28,318 bases of DNA from Bdellovibrionota bacterium (GTDB taxonomy: Bacteria; Bdellovibrionota_C; UBA2361; OMII01): contig JBIJBE010000045.1 in the NCBI GenBank assembly GCA_044345405.1, forward strand, positions 1 through 28,318. The letters are read 5' to 3'. Position 1 is the stretch's first letter. Every line of letters starts with the position of its first letter. The position numbers and the translations under genes are program-made. This document shows, piece after piece, positions 27,401-28,318 of this stretch. Below the pieces are notes generated by a model. The model was not told where the DNA came from. It searched no databases and worked only from the letters and a program-made list of their open reading frames with translations.

Positions 27401-28316
27401 CTGGAGCGATGTAGTAGGCGACATCGGCGCTGGAAAGGGTGCCAGAGTATATTCCGAGCTGAGCAGCAAGGTGACGAATCCCATTATTGGAGCTCCTCCG
27501 AAGGGATTGAAGACCTTGCGACGCGAGCGTTCGATTAGGCCCGGTGAGCGGCACCATATCAGCGATAGTGCCCAACCCCGCAAGGCCACAATCAGGCGCT
27601 GGAAGATTGAGCACTTCGCTCAAGCGTTGGTTTAAAAAAAACGCCAAACCGGACGCGCACGGTTGGTATTCAGCGAAGCCACAACCAATCTGCGCAGGAT
27701 CAACCACCACCGCGTCAGGAAGAGTCGCCCCAGGTCTGTGATGGTCAAACACTGCCACCTCAATTCCATGCGCCCTAAGGGTCGCTATCTCCGCGTGACC
27801 ATGGATGCCGTGGTCAAAGAGTACAACGGTCTTGCAGCCTGCCCTGATGAACTCCTCGACTATCCTCTGACTTAATCCATATCCATCGGTCGCGCGGTCG
27901 GGAATTTCCCACTCATAAGCCGCTCCTGCCGTTTTGAGCATGCGCACCGTTTGAGCGACGGCGGTCACGCCATCCACATCGTAATCGCCGTTAATACCTA
28001 TCTTGTCTCCGCGGCGAATAGACTCCGCGATAATTCGAGCGGCGTCCTCGAAATTTTTCATTCGCGCCGGATCAGGGAGAGGCTCAAGGTCCGGTCGTAC
28101 GACTCCCTGCAGATCAGGTCTCGCGTCATAGCCTCGCCTCGCGAGTATCGTCGCGACAAGCTCTGGCGCGATATCTCCAGTCACCCCAACGTCACGGCCT
28201 AGGCGCTTGACGACCTTCGCCACACGGCTTACCTGAGTTGGAGATGGGGGCGAGTAAACGAGTTCTCGGGGAGTGGGATTGTGATGAAAAGCGGAGCGAT
28301 TGGGCCCATCGCCACG
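24483..28316 (-). CDS. RecJ (DHH/DHHA1) ssDNA exonuclease fused to a Hef/Mph1/FANCM-type SF2 helicase; probably 5'-partial
   Basis: RecJ motifs GDYDVDG, FDHH, GTIADMVPL, APAINAAGRL, KGSARS, FGGH..AAG; helicase motifs APTGSGKT, APT, DEGHH, SATPG, HPK, STSAGNEGID, QQWGRVGR. The frame has no stop between GTG 28223 and the window edge. Confidence 0.92.
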   Translation of the reverse strand, partial: RGDGPNRSAFHHNPTPRELVYSPPSPTQVSRVAKVVKRLGRDVGVTGDIAPELVATILARRGYDARPDLQGVVRPDLEPLPDPARMKNFEDAARIIAESIRRGDKIGINGDYDVDGVTAVAQTVRMLKTAGAAYEWEIPDRATDGYGLSQRIVEEFIRAGCKTVVLFDHGIHGHAEIATLRAHGIEVAVFDHHRPGATLPDAVVVDPAQIGCGFAEYQPCASGLAFFLNQRLSEVLNLPAPDCGLAGLGTIADMVPLTGPNRTLASQGLQSLRRSSNNGIRHLAAQLGIYSGTLSSADVAYYIAPAINAAGRLGNARMCVELLISSDEVDTQRLARELVELNEVRKDTQRKQLMDNYDRLGSRQVMPGVLVSHSDTHHQGVVGLTAQGLASRHGRPAFVFATHSDGTLKGSARSGSAEYDLADMLERAKANDTEGVIVKFGGHKAAAGLAIRADALGAFSKLISQAAREQRHQPPSSVKVVADAKITCAQLTPKLIQNVDRLLDPYGQGFAAPTFLLEALTVLDIAEYPGGRRMVVLEQDGKKVRGFVGPEIWDGSLVAGCVINIIARPAAIYRNDKYHVQLSVDAFSVTTTTAAPSSPLVFEKRKEKDGDKSELARLKPPSVLRDVPAREEMAPAVPKYIALREAFIAEMRALPEAYLYPDLADLVEDPLVRNVEPQREAAGMEMRIRYGLTALKHHSFAIRPEQLEFVRWFLERSDNAILQAPTGSGKTEMALMIAASQRSRGQRTIFCAPTLEIQQQVHRRAPQMIDVESSLIDGDIPPKRREKMYREMDPAFISAIPHVIRNDIERGVFSFRPTDLVVIDEGHHTAGEYPYVPLVRKAHEVGARVLLLSATPGQVEAERSWDKFDSLKKLVGVEHIFPVNVVRRQPVVRPLHVDLSEDMKVAVESLSHRMASLRAEVLEYIAQHGSQRLLRDAKEVLGSTTLTFPSATVISPLLERIRVMNNERERWDVVHALCGIIELSELYQALSYQGKSGFLLRVLEKRLEMKFPVNAVRTQAGKGFLAPKRSLSLVYSSREVEQAYRQIALGSFVGVWNTHSLEQLSGLSLSSWGTLSAKERRSRYNSAVAATMKRLTEELVTLDYSDHPKERYLMSVLPLLSRHDQSIIFVRDRTHALFLAARISHRLRQSGCEAVALTGTGHGIKKGLSRAQRKENLANVANGRAKIIVSTSAGNEGIDFARVQHGYAYRFSASPTEALQQWGRVGRRDGASEMVYLCSAPEEHGKFMSILRKVAEFYKMLNQERQDILDRYQTKQD

Positions 28317-28318
28317 AC

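Overview
Bacterial chromosomal segment with no intact mobile element, CRISPR array, tRNA or rRNA gene. Left to right: (1) ~890 bp of non-coding, hairpin-rich DNA; its minus strand resembles an rRNA-operon leader (boxB-like hairpin plus boxA) running off the left edge, and its plus strand carries an unexplained structured tract. (2) A sigma70-type promoter and an 18-codon, two-Trp leader peptide (895-951, absent from the ORF track) ahead of a complete, translationally coupled trpE-G-D-C-F-B-A + DAHP synthase operon that looks Bacteroidota-like; both Trp-feedback motifs of TrpE are altered. (3) An orphan gene, a divergent sigma70-family factor, an ArgA-like GNAT, an MFS transporter, a GT2 glycosyltransferase and a TPMT-family methyltransferase. 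(4) A ~1,850-1,900 aa secreted mucin-like protein with >1,100 aa of TPTTTPT(E/Q) repeats showing a 120-bp higher-order period. (5) A di-haem cytochrome c peroxidase, a second orphan, a stand-alone MurC-like ligase and a DoxX-like protein. (6) The most striking item: one ORF fusing a complete RecJ (DHH/DHHA1) exonuclease to a Hef/Mph1/FANCM-type SF2 helicase that lacks the XPF/ERCC4 nuclease; its frame is open to the right edge. All family and taxonomic assignments come from motif recognition by eye; no searches were run.
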